DNA of 64,000 nucleotides from Chitinophaga pinensis (GTDB lineage Bacteria; Bacteroidota; Bacteroidia; 2-12-FULL-35-15): NCBI GenBank assembly GCA_945865315.1, contig CAMBDK010000001.1, positions 4,378 to 68,377 of the forward strand, read 5' to 3'. Shown piece by piece: positions 19,315 to 29,085 of this stretch (position 1 is its first letter; each line of letters starts with the position of its first letter). The notes under the pieces were generated by a model. It saw only the letters and a program-made list of their open reading frames with translations, ran no database searches and was not told where the DNA came from. The position numbers and the translations under genes were made by a program.

Positions 19315-20883
19315 TTAGTCCCCTTTAGCTCCATTTTCAATCCAACATTGAATTAAATCTCTTTCCTCCTGTGTCATATTAGTTTTATTTCCTTGGGGCA
19401 TTGTTTTAGTAATAACAGCCCTTACTAATATTCGTTGTGCATATTTAATTATATTCTTGTTATCGTCAAACATAATTCCGTTAGGTGCTATTTTCTGATT
19501 TTCATCAGTTGGATTAGCAGAGTGGCACTGAATGCATCTTTTTACCATAATTTCTTTAACTTGTGAAATATTTGAAGCTTGTCCTTCCTTACAAACTGAT
19601 TTTTTTTGTGGCGATGTTAAAATTGCTAAGCCTATCATTCCAACAATGGCTAAAGGTAAAATCCAGATTGCTTTTTCCCCTTTCTCAATAAGGTTTAAAT
19701 AATGCTTTACCAAAACACTAACTAATGATAAACCCATTAAAATAAACCAGTTTAAAACATTTCCATAAGTGCTTGGAAAGTGATTGCTAATCATAATAAA
19801 AATAACTGGCAAGGTAAAATAATTATTATGTAAGGATCTTAAAAGGGCTTTTTTAGCAAGTGCTGTATCTACTATTTTACCTTCCTTAGCGGCATTTACC
19901 ATTGCTTTTTGGGAGGGGATAATAACTCTAAATACATTTCCAACCATGATGGTGCCGATAATTGCACCAACGTGAATATAGGCTGCCCTGCTACTAAAAA
20001 CCTGCGTAAGGAGCCAAGATGCTCCAGTAATAAATAAAAATAATATTAAGCCAAATAGTAGTTTTTTTTGTGAAATTACAGATTTGCAAAGACTGTCATA
20101 AATTAGCCAGCTAATCAATAATGAACCTATTCCAATTAAAACGGCTGCTGTTGGTGAAAGGTCTAAAACAGAAGTATCAATTAAGTAAGCCTTTGCATCT
20201 AAATAATAAACAACTACTAACAAGGTGAAGCCTGATAGCCAAGTAAAATAGGCTTCATATTTAAACCAATGCAGATCTTTTGGGACTTCGGAAGGAACAG
20301 CTTTGTATTTTTCAAGGTAGTAAACTCCTCCTCCATGCACCGCCCATAAATTACCTGCTATTTCATCTCTTAATCCTTTTGTACGATTTAAACTGTTTTC
20401 TAAAAAGTTAAAATAAAATGAAGCGCCTATCCAAGCTATTCCAAAAACAACATGTGCCCACCTTACTATTAAATTAATCCATTCAACAGTATATGACTCT
20501 AGGGGTGTTCCACTAACAAAGCAATAAGAATTATAAAAACAAAAAATTATTAAGCTGCAGTAGAATAAAACAGATTTTACCTCTTTTAATTCATCAATTT
20601 TACTTTTAAATTTAGTATTTAAATTCAAATTACCATTTTTGGGGTCTGAATTTTCTTCATCGGTTAACTCTAATGCTTTTATAGCTATGTTTAATGCCGA
20701 TATAATTAACAGTATAAAAGCAGAAGGAATTAATATAATTAAAAAATCATTTCTATTAAAGTGAGTGGTAAAAACTTCTGTAGCAGACAAGTCCCCTGCA
20801 AAAAACAAGAAAAATAAAAATAAAAATATTTTTGATGAAGAAACAACTTTGCACATTAATGATGGAAACCTCCTGTTTATCAT
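19315..20883 (-). CDS. puuD: Polytopic membrane protein with C-terminal mono-haem cytochrome c domain; putative urate hydroxylase (PuuD-like)
   Basis: About 10 predicted TM helices. C-terminal CIQCHS (CxxCH haem-binding motif) followed by ..TKTMPQGN. It lies divergently next to allantoinase, allantoicase, uraD and uraH. PuuD of Agrobacterium is a membrane cytochrome c urate oxidase with this architecture. Confidence 0.5.
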   Translation of the reverse strand: MINRRFPSLMCKVVSSSKIFLFLFFLFFAGDLSATEVFTTHFNRNDFLIILIPSAFILLIISALNIAIKALELTDEENSDPKNGNLNLNTKFKSKIDELKEVKSVLFYCSLIIFCFYNSYCFVSGTPLESYTVEWINLIVRWAHVVFGIAWIGASFYFNFLENSLNRTKGLRDEIAGNLWAVHGGGVYYLEKYKAVPSEVPKDLHWFKYEAYFTWLSGFTLLVVVYYLDAKAYLIDTSVLDLSPTAAVLIGIGSLLISWLIYDSLCKSVISQKKLLFGLILFLFITGASWLLTQVFSSRAAYIHVGAIIGTIMVGNVFRVIIPSQKAMVNAAKEGKIVDTALAKKALLRSLHNNYFTLPVIFIMISNHFPSTYGNVLNWFILMGLSLVSVLVKHYLNLIEKGEKAIWILPLAIVGMIGLAILTSPQKKSVCKEGQASNISQVKEIMVKRCIQCHSANPTDENQKIAPNGIMFDDNKNIIKYAQRILVRAVITKTMPQGNKTNMTQEERDLIQCWIENGAKGD

Positions 20884-21153
20884 ATTTTTTTTACTTATGC
20901 TATTAAATTATTAATCTATTAATCAAAAATAATATTAAAACTTTGTTTTTAATGAAAACGGCATTTTTTTTAAAATAGATTTTTAAAAAAACAAATCATT
21001 TTTTTGAAATAACCGGCATCGATTATTTATTTTATAAAAGCTTTAAATTAATTAAAATATTTTTTTCAAATTTAATAAGCTTTAATAACCCATTAATTTA
21101 TTGCCTAAATATATAAACAAGTTTAATACATTTGTAAAAATTGCATTATTATC

Positions 21154-22536
21154 ATGAAAAATATATTACCAGATTTTGGCTTACATAGTACTAATGTTCT
21201 AATTAAAAACGAATTTCAGGATGCTACACTGTTAATTAAAGATGGTGTTATTTCAGATATTATTTTAGGTCAAATAGGAACCCCCGACTTTGAAATTGAA
21301 GAATTGGGTAAATTAGTTGTAATGCCCGGCATCATTGATTCGCATGTTCATGTTAACGAACCGGGGAGGACAGAATGGGAGGGTTTTCAGACGATCACTA
21401 AGGCGGCAATTGCAGGGGGAATTACTACATTGGTAGATATGCCTTTAAATGCTAGCCCGGTTACTACTTCTGCGCAGGCATTTTTACATAAATTGGAGGC
21501 TACTAAAGGTAAGCTGTATTGCAATTGTGGCTTTTGGGGAGGTATTGTACCTGATAATTTAGATCAATTAGAAGAATTAATTAAAGCAGGGGTATTGGGT
21601 ATAAAAGCTTTTTTAACACATTCAGGCATCGATGAATTCCCAAATATCAGTGCTTCCGAGCTTAAAAGAGGAATACCTATTATAGCAAAATATAATATTC
21701 CATTATTGGCCCATGCCGAAATTGATGAAATGCATCCCGGTATTTTAGCATTTGAAAAAAATCCTACAAATTACAATTCATTTCTTGGCTCTCGCCCAAA
21801 AGAATGGGAAGATAAGGCGGTAGAGCTGTTAATTGAATTGTGTGGAGAGTTTAATTGCAGAGTTCATATTGTGCACTTATCTTCAGCAAACAGCATTGAA
21901 AAAATTGAAATAGCAAAGGCGGATGGATTGCCATTATCAGTAGAAACATGCCCTCAGTACCTATACTTTAATGCAGAAACGATACCTGATAATAACACAC
22001 TTTTTAAATGTGCTCCACCTATTCGTGAAAAAGAAAATAATGATAAACTCTGGGATGCTTTAAAAAGAGGTACAATAGATTTTATTGTTACAGACCATTC
22101 ACCGGCTACCCCAGAATTAAAAAGAGTAGAATCTGGTAATTTAAAGGAAGCGTGGGGAGGCATTGCTTCTATACAGTTTTCACTACCTGTTGTATGGACC
22201 GCAGCTAAAAAAAGAGGTTTTAACGTAAATGAAATTGCAACACTAATGTGTGCCAATACTGCTCAATTTATTGGTTATGGAAATACTAAAGGCAAGATAG
22301 AAAAAGGGTTTGATGCAGATTTAGTAGTTTGGGATCCCGAACAAAAATTTGTTGTCAAAAAATCGGATATTCATTTTCGCCATAAAATAAGTCCTTATAT
22401 CGGCGAGGAGCTTTATGGCGTTGTTAAACAAACTTATGTAGGAGGTAAAAAGGTTTATGAAAACATGCAGGATGGAAAGACAGTTGAATTTTTCATATCT
22501 TTACCACAAGGGAAATTACTCATTAAAAACCAATAA
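21154..22536 (+). CDS. allB: Allantoinase (cyclic amidohydrolase superfamily)
   Basis: DSHVHVNEPGRTEWEG metal-binding motif of the dihydroorotase/allantoinase/hydantoinase family. About 460 aa. The allantoinase call rests on flanking ureide-pathway genes. Confidence 0.65.
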   Translation: MKNILPDFGLHSTNVLIKNEFQDATLLIKDGVISDIILGQIGTPDFEIEELGKLVVMPGIIDSHVHVNEPGRTEWEGFQTITKAAIAGGITTLVDMPLNASPVTTSAQAFLHKLEATKGKLYCNCGFWGGIVPDNLDQLEELIKAGVLGIKAFLTHSGIDEFPNISASELKRGIPIIAKYNIPLLAHAEIDEMHPGILAFEKNPTNYNSFLGSRPKEWEDKAVELLIELCGEFNCRVHIVHLSSANSIEKIEIAKADGLPLSVETCPQYLYFNAETIPDNNTLFKCAPPIREKENNDKLWDALKRGTIDFIVTDHSPATPELKRVESGNLKEAWGGIASIQFSLPVVWTAAKKRGFNVNEIATLMCANTAQFIGYGNTKGKIEKGFDADLVVWDPEQKFVVKKSDIHFRHKISPYIGEELYGVVKQTYVGGKKVYENMQDGKTVEFFISLPQGKLLIKNQ

Positions 22537-22549
22537 TTTAATTTAATAA

Positions 22550-22873
22550 ATGATGACAGAAAAAAAAATTGCAACTTTTGAAGAGTTTTATCCTTTTTAT
22601 CTCGATCAGCACAGCCATTTTTGGAATAGGATAACTCATTTTATTGGTACAAGTATTTTTTTATTTTTAGCAGTTTTAGCCATAGTAAAAACTGATATTT
22701 TAATTTTCTTTATTGGTATTTTTTCAGCATATTTTTTTGCTTGGATAGGTCATTTTTTTATTGAAAAAAATAAACCGGCAACATTTAAATATCCTTGGAT
22801 GTCCTTAAAAGGAGATTTTAAATTATATTTCGAAATTTGCACAGGAAAGCAAAAGTTTAATGTCAAGAAATAA
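22550..22873 (+). CDS. DUF962 / Mpo1-like small membrane protein
   Basis: FEEFYPFYLDQHSHFWNRITHFIGT followed by two hydrophobic helices. This pattern is typical of the YGL010w/Mpo1-like family. Confidence 0.5.
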   Translation: MMTEKKIATFEEFYPFYLDQHSHFWNRITHFIGTSIFLFLAVLAIVKTDILIFFIGIFSAYFFAWIGHFFIEKNKPATFKYPWMSLKGDFKLYFEICTGKQKFNVKK

Positions 22874-22906
22874 ATTTAAGTTAATCTGTTATTAAGAAAT
22901 TTATTT

Positions 22907-24001
22907 TTGTATCCTTTTGCAAAAAAAGTAATTGTAAATTATTTCACTCCTAAAAAAAGCATAAAAAAGCATAAAATAAATATGGAAATTAATCAAACAA
23001 AACAGCCAGATTTTACTTCCTTTATCGATCTTGCATCAGAACGTTTAGGTGGTGAGGCTATCAGTTGCAGTGATGATTTTTTTGCTGAAAAAGAAAATCT
23101 GTTAAAAAATGGAAGAGGCATTTTTATTGCCGACAAATATACCGACAGAGGGAAATGGATGGATGGTTGGGAATCCCGAAGAAAAAGACAGCCGGGACAC
23201 GATTGGTGCATAATAAAACTTGGCGCATCGGGAATTATTAAAGGCTTTGACATTGATACAAATTTTTTTTTAGGAAACCACCCCCCTTTTGCATCCATTG
23301 AAGCTTGTTTTATTTCTTCTGATGAGTCTAATACAATAGAACAATTTGAAAAAGCTAAATGGATAGAAATATTACCAAAATCTTTTTTGAATGCAGGCAG
23401 TCAAAACTTTTTTGAGATTACAAACAATAAAATATGGACACATTTACGATTGAATATTTATCCCGATGGAGGCGTAGCGAGATTAAAAGTGTATGGCACA
23501 GTTTTTAAAAATTGGGATATTATTTCAACTAATGAATTGATTGACCTTGCTGCGGCTGTTAATGGCGCAAAATCAGTAATGTGTAACGATATGTTTTTTA
23601 GTCATATGGATAATTTAATAATGCCTGGGCGTGGTTATAACATGGGAGATGGTTGGGAAACAAAACGAAATAGGACTCCTAAAAATCGTGATTGGGTAAT
23701 TGTAAAACTTGCACATATTGGTGAAATTAAATCTGCATTGGTCGATACTTTTCATTTTAAAGGAAATTACCCCGATACTTGTTCCATTGAAGGAATAAAC
23801 ATTGGTGAATTAAATACTGATTTAAGTTCCAATGATTTAATTTGGACAGAAGTATTACCATTAACCAAATTACATGCGGACCAGGAACATTTTTTCGAAA
23901 ATGAAATTTTACCAACTGGGCCACTTTCTCACATTCGTTTAAATATATTTCCAGATGGAGGAATAAGCCGTTTGCGATTATTTGGCTTGGTAAGTAAATA
24001 A
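22907..24001 (+). CDS. alc: Allantoicase (two tandem allantoicase repeats)
   Basis: Two homologous halves each containing ..GWE(S/T)(R/K)R.. and ..RL(N)IYPDGG(V/I)(A/S)RL(K/R)(V/L)(Y/F)G. The real start is probably the Met at 22983. Confidence 0.7.
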   Translation: MYPFAKKVIVNYFTPKKSIKKHKINMEINQTKQPDFTSFIDLASERLGGEAISCSDDFFAEKENLLKNGRGIFIADKYTDRGKWMDGWESRRKRQPGHDWCIIKLGASGIIKGFDIDTNFFLGNHPPFASIEACFISSDESNTIEQFEKAKWIEILPKSFLNAGSQNFFEITNNKIWTHLRLNIYPDGGVARLKVYGTVFKNWDIISTNELIDLAAAVNGAKSVMCNDMFFSHMDNLIMPGRGYNMGDGWETKRNRTPKNRDWVIVKLAHIGEIKSALVDTFHFKGNYPDTCSIEGINIGELNTDLSSNDLIWTEVLPLTKLHADQEHFFENEILPTGPLSHIRLNIFPDGGISRLRLFGLVSK

Positions 24002-24044
24002 ATTATATTTCGATCATAACTATATTCTAATTTTTGAACATTTA

Positions 24045-24548
24045 ATGACCATAGAAGAATTAAATAATTTAAGTACGGAAAAAGCCTTTGAAGAATTATT
24101 TAAGTGCTGTGGCTGCACAGTTTGGGCGCAAAACATTGTAGATTTCAGACCTTTTAATAGCAAATCCGATTTATTAAAAGTTTCAGATATGGCATGGATA
24201 AGTTGCGACATGACAGAAGGATTGGAAGCATTTTCGCACCATCCTAAAATAGGAGATTTAAAAAGTTTAGAAAAAAAATTTTCAACTACTAAAGTATGGG
24301 CTGCAGATGAGCAATCGGGAGTGGATGTAGCAACCGATAAAACACTTATTGATCTTGATATAAGCAATAAACTTTATGAAGATAAATTTGGATTTATTTT
24401 TATTGTTTGCGCTACAGGTAAAACAGCTACTGAAATGTTAGCATTGCTTAAAGCTCGTTTAATGAACGATCTAGAAGTAGAATTTAAAATAGCTATGAAA
24501 GAACAAAATAAAATTACCCATATTAGATTAGATAAATTGATACAATGA
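24045..24548 (+). CDS. uraD: 2-oxo-4-hydroxy-4-carboxy-5-ureidoimidazoline (OHCU) decarboxylase
   Basis: About 167 aa. AFSHHPKIGD and the downstream motif region fit OHCU decarboxylase. Its stop overlaps the uraH start. Confidence 0.65.
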   Translation: MTIEELNNLSTEKAFEELFKCCGCTVWAQNIVDFRPFNSKSDLLKVSDMAWISCDMTEGLEAFSHHPKIGDLKSLEKKFSTTKVWAADEQSGVDVATDKTLIDLDISNKLYEDKFGFIFIVCATGKTATEMLALLKARLMNDLEVEFKIAMKEQNKITHIRLDKLIQ

Positions 24549-24886
24549 GTCAGATAACAACCCATATATTAGATACTTCATTAGGGAAACCAGCGCAAGG
24601 TGTAACAATTGTTTTGGAGCAATTTATCGATAATGAAAAATGGCAAGTACTAGGCAGTGGTAAAACAAATTCAGATGGCCGGCTTCCTAATTTAGTTTCT
24701 TCCGAAAAATTATTAAAAACAGGCCATTACCGATTAATATTTGACACAGCTTCCTATTTTAAAATACAAGGTATTAAAGGGTTTTATCCATCCGTTACTG
24801 TTACCTTCGAATTATCTGATGAGTCGCATTACCATGTTCCTTTATTATTAAATCCTTATGGGTATTCAACTTATAGAGGGAGTTAA
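24545..24886 (+). CDS. uraH: 5-hydroxyisourate hydrolase (transthyretin-like)
   Basis: ITTHILDTSLGKPAQG..HYHVPLLLNPYGYSTYRGS, with the diagnostic C-terminal YRGS tetrapeptide of HIU hydrolases. Confidence 0.8.
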   Translation: MSQITTHILDTSLGKPAQGVTIVLEQFIDNEKWQVLGSGKTNSDGRLPNLVSSEKLLKTGHYRLIFDTASYFKIQGIKGFYPSVTVTFELSDESHYHVPLLLNPYGYSTYRGS

Positions 24887-25019
24887 AATGGTTTTCTTAA
24901 TTAATCTGTAAGCAAAATTGAAAAAAAAATTAATAAAATAATTTAATTTACTAACAAAAAAACCCTTAAATGCTTTCAATTATTTTAAAGGGAGTATAAA
25001 GCGAGAGCAATTAATAAAA

Positions 25020-26462
25020 ATGAAACTATCAATTCCAAAAACAGAAAATGAATTTATCCTAAATGAATTAGGAAAAGCAAATAAAGCATTTCAAAAAATT
25101 TATTCGGGTGATAAGCCTGACAGACAGCCTGTTCATACTGTTTATGGTGGAGCAGATTTGTTTTCGTCAGATACAGCAGAAAAAATGGGACAAGCTGCTC
25201 TAAATACTCTTTTAAATAATGCGCCTAACTTTGTTGAATTTGCTAGAGCTATCGAATTAACGGGGTATAACTCATTGCCTACCGCAACTGTTGAAATAGA
25301 AAATTTAATAAAAAAAATGGATAATAGTTCGGAATCCGAACGTAAAAAAGAAATACATTGGTTGGCTTATACCACCTATAATAAAGTAATAAATAAACTG
25401 AAAACGGAGGCGCTAGAAGATTTTAGAATTGATTTTGAAGATGGTTTCGGCAATCGTTCCTGGGAAGAAGAAGACGCTACTGCCGAAAAGGCGGCAATAG
25501 AAGTTGCAAAAGGGATGAAGGCGAACTCTCTCCCTCCTTTTATTGGGATTCGTATTAAACCATTTACTGAAGATTTAAAAGAACGTGGTGCACGTACGCT
25601 GGATATTTTTCTTTCTACTTTATCGAAAGAAACTAATGGTAAATTGCCAAATAACTTCGTTGTAATGCTGCCTAAAGTTAGTATTCCTGAGCAAATAGGC
25701 GCCCTAATAAAATTGTTTGAAACCATTGAAGCTAACACCGAAATTGAAAGTGGTGCAATTAAAATGGAAATGATGGTGGAAACAACACAGGCTGTTATTG
25801 ACAAGGATGGAAAAAATCCTTTAAGGTCATTTTTAGAGGCCAGCAAAGGGAGAATGATAGCAACCGCTTTCGGCACTTATGATTATACGGCTGCTTGTAA
25901 TATTACTGCTAAATATCAGGATATGGGACATGCTGTTTGTGATTTTGCGCACCATTTTATGAAAGTTTCCTTAGGAGCTACAGGCATATGGCTTTCTGAC
26001 GGAGCTACCAATGTAATGCCTATAGGACCGCACAGAGGGAATAATCTCACTGCAGATCAAATTGCTGAGAACAAAAGGGTGGTTTTTAATAATTGGAAAA
26101 AAGCGTATAATCACACACGTTATTCATTATGGAAAGGTTTGTATCAGGGCTGGGATCTTAATCCTGCTCAATTTCCAATGCGTTATGCCGCTGTTTATTC
26201 CTTTTTCTTGGAAAGTTATGAAGATGCTGCCAAAAGGTTGAAAGCTTTTGTAGAAAAGGCTGCAAGAGCAACATTGACTGATGATGTTTTTGATGACGCT
26301 GCTACTGGTCAAGGTTTACTTAATTATTTCTTGAGGGCTTTAAATTGTGGGGCTATTTCAACCGAAGATGTTTCGGCAACAGGTTTAACAATTGAAGAAA
26401 TAAGGACTCGGTCCTTTCTTAAAATATTAGACGGCAGAAGAAATAAAATATCTGCAATTTAA
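25020..26462 (+). CDS. Hypothetical protein, HpcH/HpaI aldolase - citrate lyase beta - malate synthase-like fold (tentative)
   Basis: Motifs RIDFEDGFG, MMVETTQA and GTYDYTA resemble the Mg-binding and active-site motifs of the CitE/HpcH/malate-synthase superfamily. Its position at the end of the ureide cluster would fit a glyoxylate- or ureidoglycolate-handling enzyme. Confidence 0.3.
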   Translation: MKLSIPKTENEFILNELGKANKAFQKIYSGDKPDRQPVHTVYGGADLFSSDTAEKMGQAALNTLLNNAPNFVEFARAIELTGYNSLPTATVEIENLIKKMDNSSESERKKEIHWLAYTTYNKVINKLKTEALEDFRIDFEDGFGNRSWEEEDATAEKAAIEVAKGMKANSLPPFIGIRIKPFTEDLKERGARTLDIFLSTLSKETNGKLPNNFVVMLPKVSIPEQIGALIKLFETIEANTEIESGAIKMEMMVETTQAVIDKDGKNPLRSFLEASKGRMIATAFGTYDYTAACNITAKYQDMGHAVCDFAHHFMKVSLGATGIWLSDGATNVMPIGPHRGNNLTADQIAENKRVVFNNWKKAYNHTRYSLWKGLYQGWDLNPAQFPMRYAAVYSFFLESYEDAAKRLKAFVEKAARATLTDDVFDDAATGQGLLNYFLRALNCGAISTEDVSATGLTIEEIRTRSFLKILDGRRNKISAI

Positions 26463-26599
26463 TAAATTCTTAGAAATTAATTGTTTTATTTGAAATTGTA
26501 AATCCTATTTAATTCGATTTTTTAATGATCGTATAATTCCTGTAATAATTGAATTTGTTTGGTTTTAATTAAATTTCAAATTAGTAAAAATATAGAAAC

Positions 26600-27070
26600 A
26601 TGAAAACGATACACCAGTGGCTATCTGAATATGGTGAAAGCCATCAGAATAAAACAAATAAAACTATTCACTGGATTTGTGTACCTCTTATTATGTTTAG
26701 TTTGGTAGGACTATTGTGGTCAATTCCTAAACCGGAAATTTTTAACAAGGCTGAATTTCCTTTTAATTTTGGTGTTGTTTTTATGGTTTTAGCATTGTTT
26801 TATTATATGTTTTTATCCTGGCGTTTAGCAATAGGGATGTTCTTTGTTTTATTAGGTTTACTTCTTGGCAATTTTTACTTATCAATGCTCGGAAATACTT
26901 GCTTATGTATTATTTCCATTATTATTTTTGTAATTGCATGGGTGGGGCAGTTTATTGGTCATAACATTGAAGGAAAAAAACCGTCTTTTTTAAAAGACCT
27001 GCTGTTTTTATTGATAGGGCCTGTATGGCTTTTAAGTTTTATTTATAAAAAATTAAACATCCCATTTTAA
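26600..27070 (+). CDS. DUF962 / Mpo1-like small membrane protein (second paralog)
   Basis: N-terminal ..YGESHQNKTNKTIHWICVPLIMFS.. then 3-4 TM helices. Same family pattern as 22550..22873. Confidence 0.45.
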   Translation: MKTIHQWLSEYGESHQNKTNKTIHWICVPLIMFSLVGLLWSIPKPEIFNKAEFPFNFGVVFMVLALFYYMFLSWRLAIGMFFVLLGLLLGNFYLSMLGNTCLCIISIIIFVIAWVGQFIGHNIEGKKPSFLKDLLFLLIGPVWLLSFIYKKLNIPF

Positions 27071-27080
27071 ATTGGTTTCT

Positions 27081-28031
27081 ATGCGATTGTTTTTATTTGG
27101 TTTTATTTTATTTCCTTTTTCAATGAATGCACAGATGCTTCAGATACAAAATCCGCTAAGGTTTTTATCCTTAGGCGACTCCTATACCATTGGCCAAAAT
27201 GTTCCTGCTAATAATACATGGCCAGCTCAATTAAAAGATTCATTATTATCAAGAGGTTATACTTTAGATACTACCCAAATTATTGCAACTACAGGATGGA
27301 CTACCAATAACTTAATTAATGCTATTGACAATCAGGGGCTCGAAAATAAAAACTTTAATCTAGTTTCATTATTAATAGGTGTTAATAATCAATACCAGGG
27401 GATTTCATTAAATCAATTTAATATAGAATTCCCTCAACTTATTGATTCGGCTATTCGGTATGCTGGTGGAGACAAAAATCGTGTTTTTATTGTTTCGATA
27501 CCAGATTACGCCTATACACCTTTTGGACAAGCAGGCGGAAATGCGACACAAATAAGCTTGCAAATTGACCAATATAATGCCATCAGCAAAAATTTTGCGG
27601 ATAATTTAAATATAAAATATTTTGACATTACCCCAATTTCTAGGCAGGGTTTAATACAAACGGACTTGGTTGCTAATGATGGCTTACATCCCTCTGCAAA
27701 GCAATATGGCATGTGGGTTGAGTTAATGCTTCAATATATTGACAGTATTAATATAATTACAATTGAAGTTTTGGCAAATAAAGATACTGGACTTAATATT
27801 TTTCCTAACCCCGTTAAGGATTTTATTTATTTCGACCTTCCTATGAAAGAGATACCTGCTTCATTTGAAGTCAAACTTTTTTCAATGGAAGGGAAATTTA
27901 TAAAGTCTGAAATTTTAACTGAAAGCAAACAGAAGCTTTTAGTGAAGAACCTAAATAATGGATTTTATTTATTAAATATTTCGAACAAAAATGGTGTTAA
28001 TATGAATTTAAAAATTTCTAAAGTCGAATGA
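27081..28031 (+). CDS. SGNH/GDSL-family esterase/lipase with T9SS type-A (Por_Secre_tail) C-terminal domain
   Basis: LSLGDSYT (GDSx block I), GVNN, and DGLHPS (block V) motifs. C-terminal ~80 aa (FPNPVKDFIYFDL..GFYLLNI..) is a type-A T9SS sorting domain. The ORF track starts at a TTG at 27072; the ATG at 27081 (MRLFLFGFILFPFSMNAQ) is preferred. Confidence 0.65.
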   Translation: MRLFLFGFILFPFSMNAQMLQIQNPLRFLSLGDSYTIGQNVPANNTWPAQLKDSLLSRGYTLDTTQIIATTGWTTNNLINAIDNQGLENKNFNLVSLLIGVNNQYQGISLNQFNIEFPQLIDSAIRYAGGDKNRVFIVSIPDYAYTPFGQAGGNATQISLQIDQYNAISKNFADNLNIKYFDITPISRQGLIQTDLVANDGLHPSAKQYGMWVELMLQYIDSINIITIEVLANKDTGLNIFPNPVKDFIYFDLPMKEIPASFEVKLFSMEGKFIKSEILTESKQKLLVKNLNNGFYLLNISNKNGVNMNLKISKVE

Positions 28032-28969
28032 TATTTTGTAAAAAAATAATAATTCAATTGTGTAAAAAAAAACTGTTCCCACTGTTCTGTATCTTTTTTC
28101 TTTTCCTAAATAATATAAATATTGCAAACTCACAGTCAAGTTTGCCGTCAGACCAGGAGCAGAAATTAAACATACTCACATGGAATCTTTATATGCGTCC
28201 TCGTACAGTTTTTAAAAATGGCCAGGTGTCTAGAGCTTATGCTATTGTTGAACAGCTGAAAAATAAAAATTATGATGTAATTGTATTCCAAGAAGCGTTT
28301 GACAACAAGTCCAGAAAAATTATTTGGAATGGACTAAAAAAACAATTTCCTTTTAAATCGGACCAACCAAAACACAAATATTTTTATAAAATTAGTACTG
28401 GTATTTTTATAATCAGCAAACTTCCGATAAATGTTATTGATAATATTTATTTTTCAATTTGTGGTGGCTCCGACTGCTATGCTGTTAAGGGTGCTGTTCT
28501 TGTTGATGTTGTCAAAAATGGTCATAAAGTTCAAATTATTGGCACACATTTGCAGTCGGCTGATGGAAAAAAAATGACTGGAGAGGAAATTCGTCAAATT
28601 CAATATATGGAAATTAAAAATAAATTAATGACCCCATATGAAGAAAAAGGGGTGCCTCAGTTTTTTGCTGGTGATTTAAATATTCCTAAAGATGATAAAA
28701 AAGAATATGAGCAAATGCTTGCATTGATGGATGTTGAGGATGGAGAAATTTCTGGAGAAAATCAGTTTTCTTCCGGTGGAGGAGGGCTGAACGATTTACA
28801 AAACCATAAAAACAAAGCTCGTATAATAGATTATATTTTATGTAGAAATAATGGCTCTAATGTTAGATTTACTCAAAGATGTGTGAAAATTTTTCAACAA
28901 CGTTGGAGCAAAAAAAACAAAGACCTTTCCGATCATTATGCTGTGTTGGCAGAAATTGCAATAAAATAA
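28028..28969 (+). CDS. Secreted endonuclease/exonuclease/phosphatase-fold enzyme, sphingomyelinase C-like
   Basis: Collinear with bacterial neutral sphingomyelinase C: TWNLYM (THNVYM), DVIVFQEAFDN (DVVILNEVFDN), GTHLQ, GDLNIP, IDYIL, SDHYAV (SDHYPV). Signal peptide present. 4-nt overlap with the upstream GDSL gene. Confidence 0.6.
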   Translation: MIFCKKIIIQLCKKKLFPLFCIFFLFLNNINIANSQSSLPSDQEQKLNILTWNLYMRPRTVFKNGQVSRAYAIVEQLKNKNYDVIVFQEAFDNKSRKIIWNGLKKQFPFKSDQPKHKYFYKISTGIFIISKLPINVIDNIYFSICGGSDCYAVKGAVLVDVVKNGHKVQIIGTHLQSADGKKMTGEEIRQIQYMEIKNKLMTPYEEKGVPQFFAGDLNIPKDDKKEYEQMLALMDVEDGEISGENQFSSGGGGLNDLQNHKNKARIIDYILCRNNGSNVRFTQRCVKIFQQRWSKKNKDLSDHYAVLAEIAIK

Positions 28970-29085
28970 AATGCGGTTATCTGCTATTTTTTTTCTACAC
29001 ATTGCTAAAATTTATTAGCGCATTTTTAACAGAATATTATTCAATTAAATATTATCATACCTTCGTAATGTAAATTTTTAATAAA

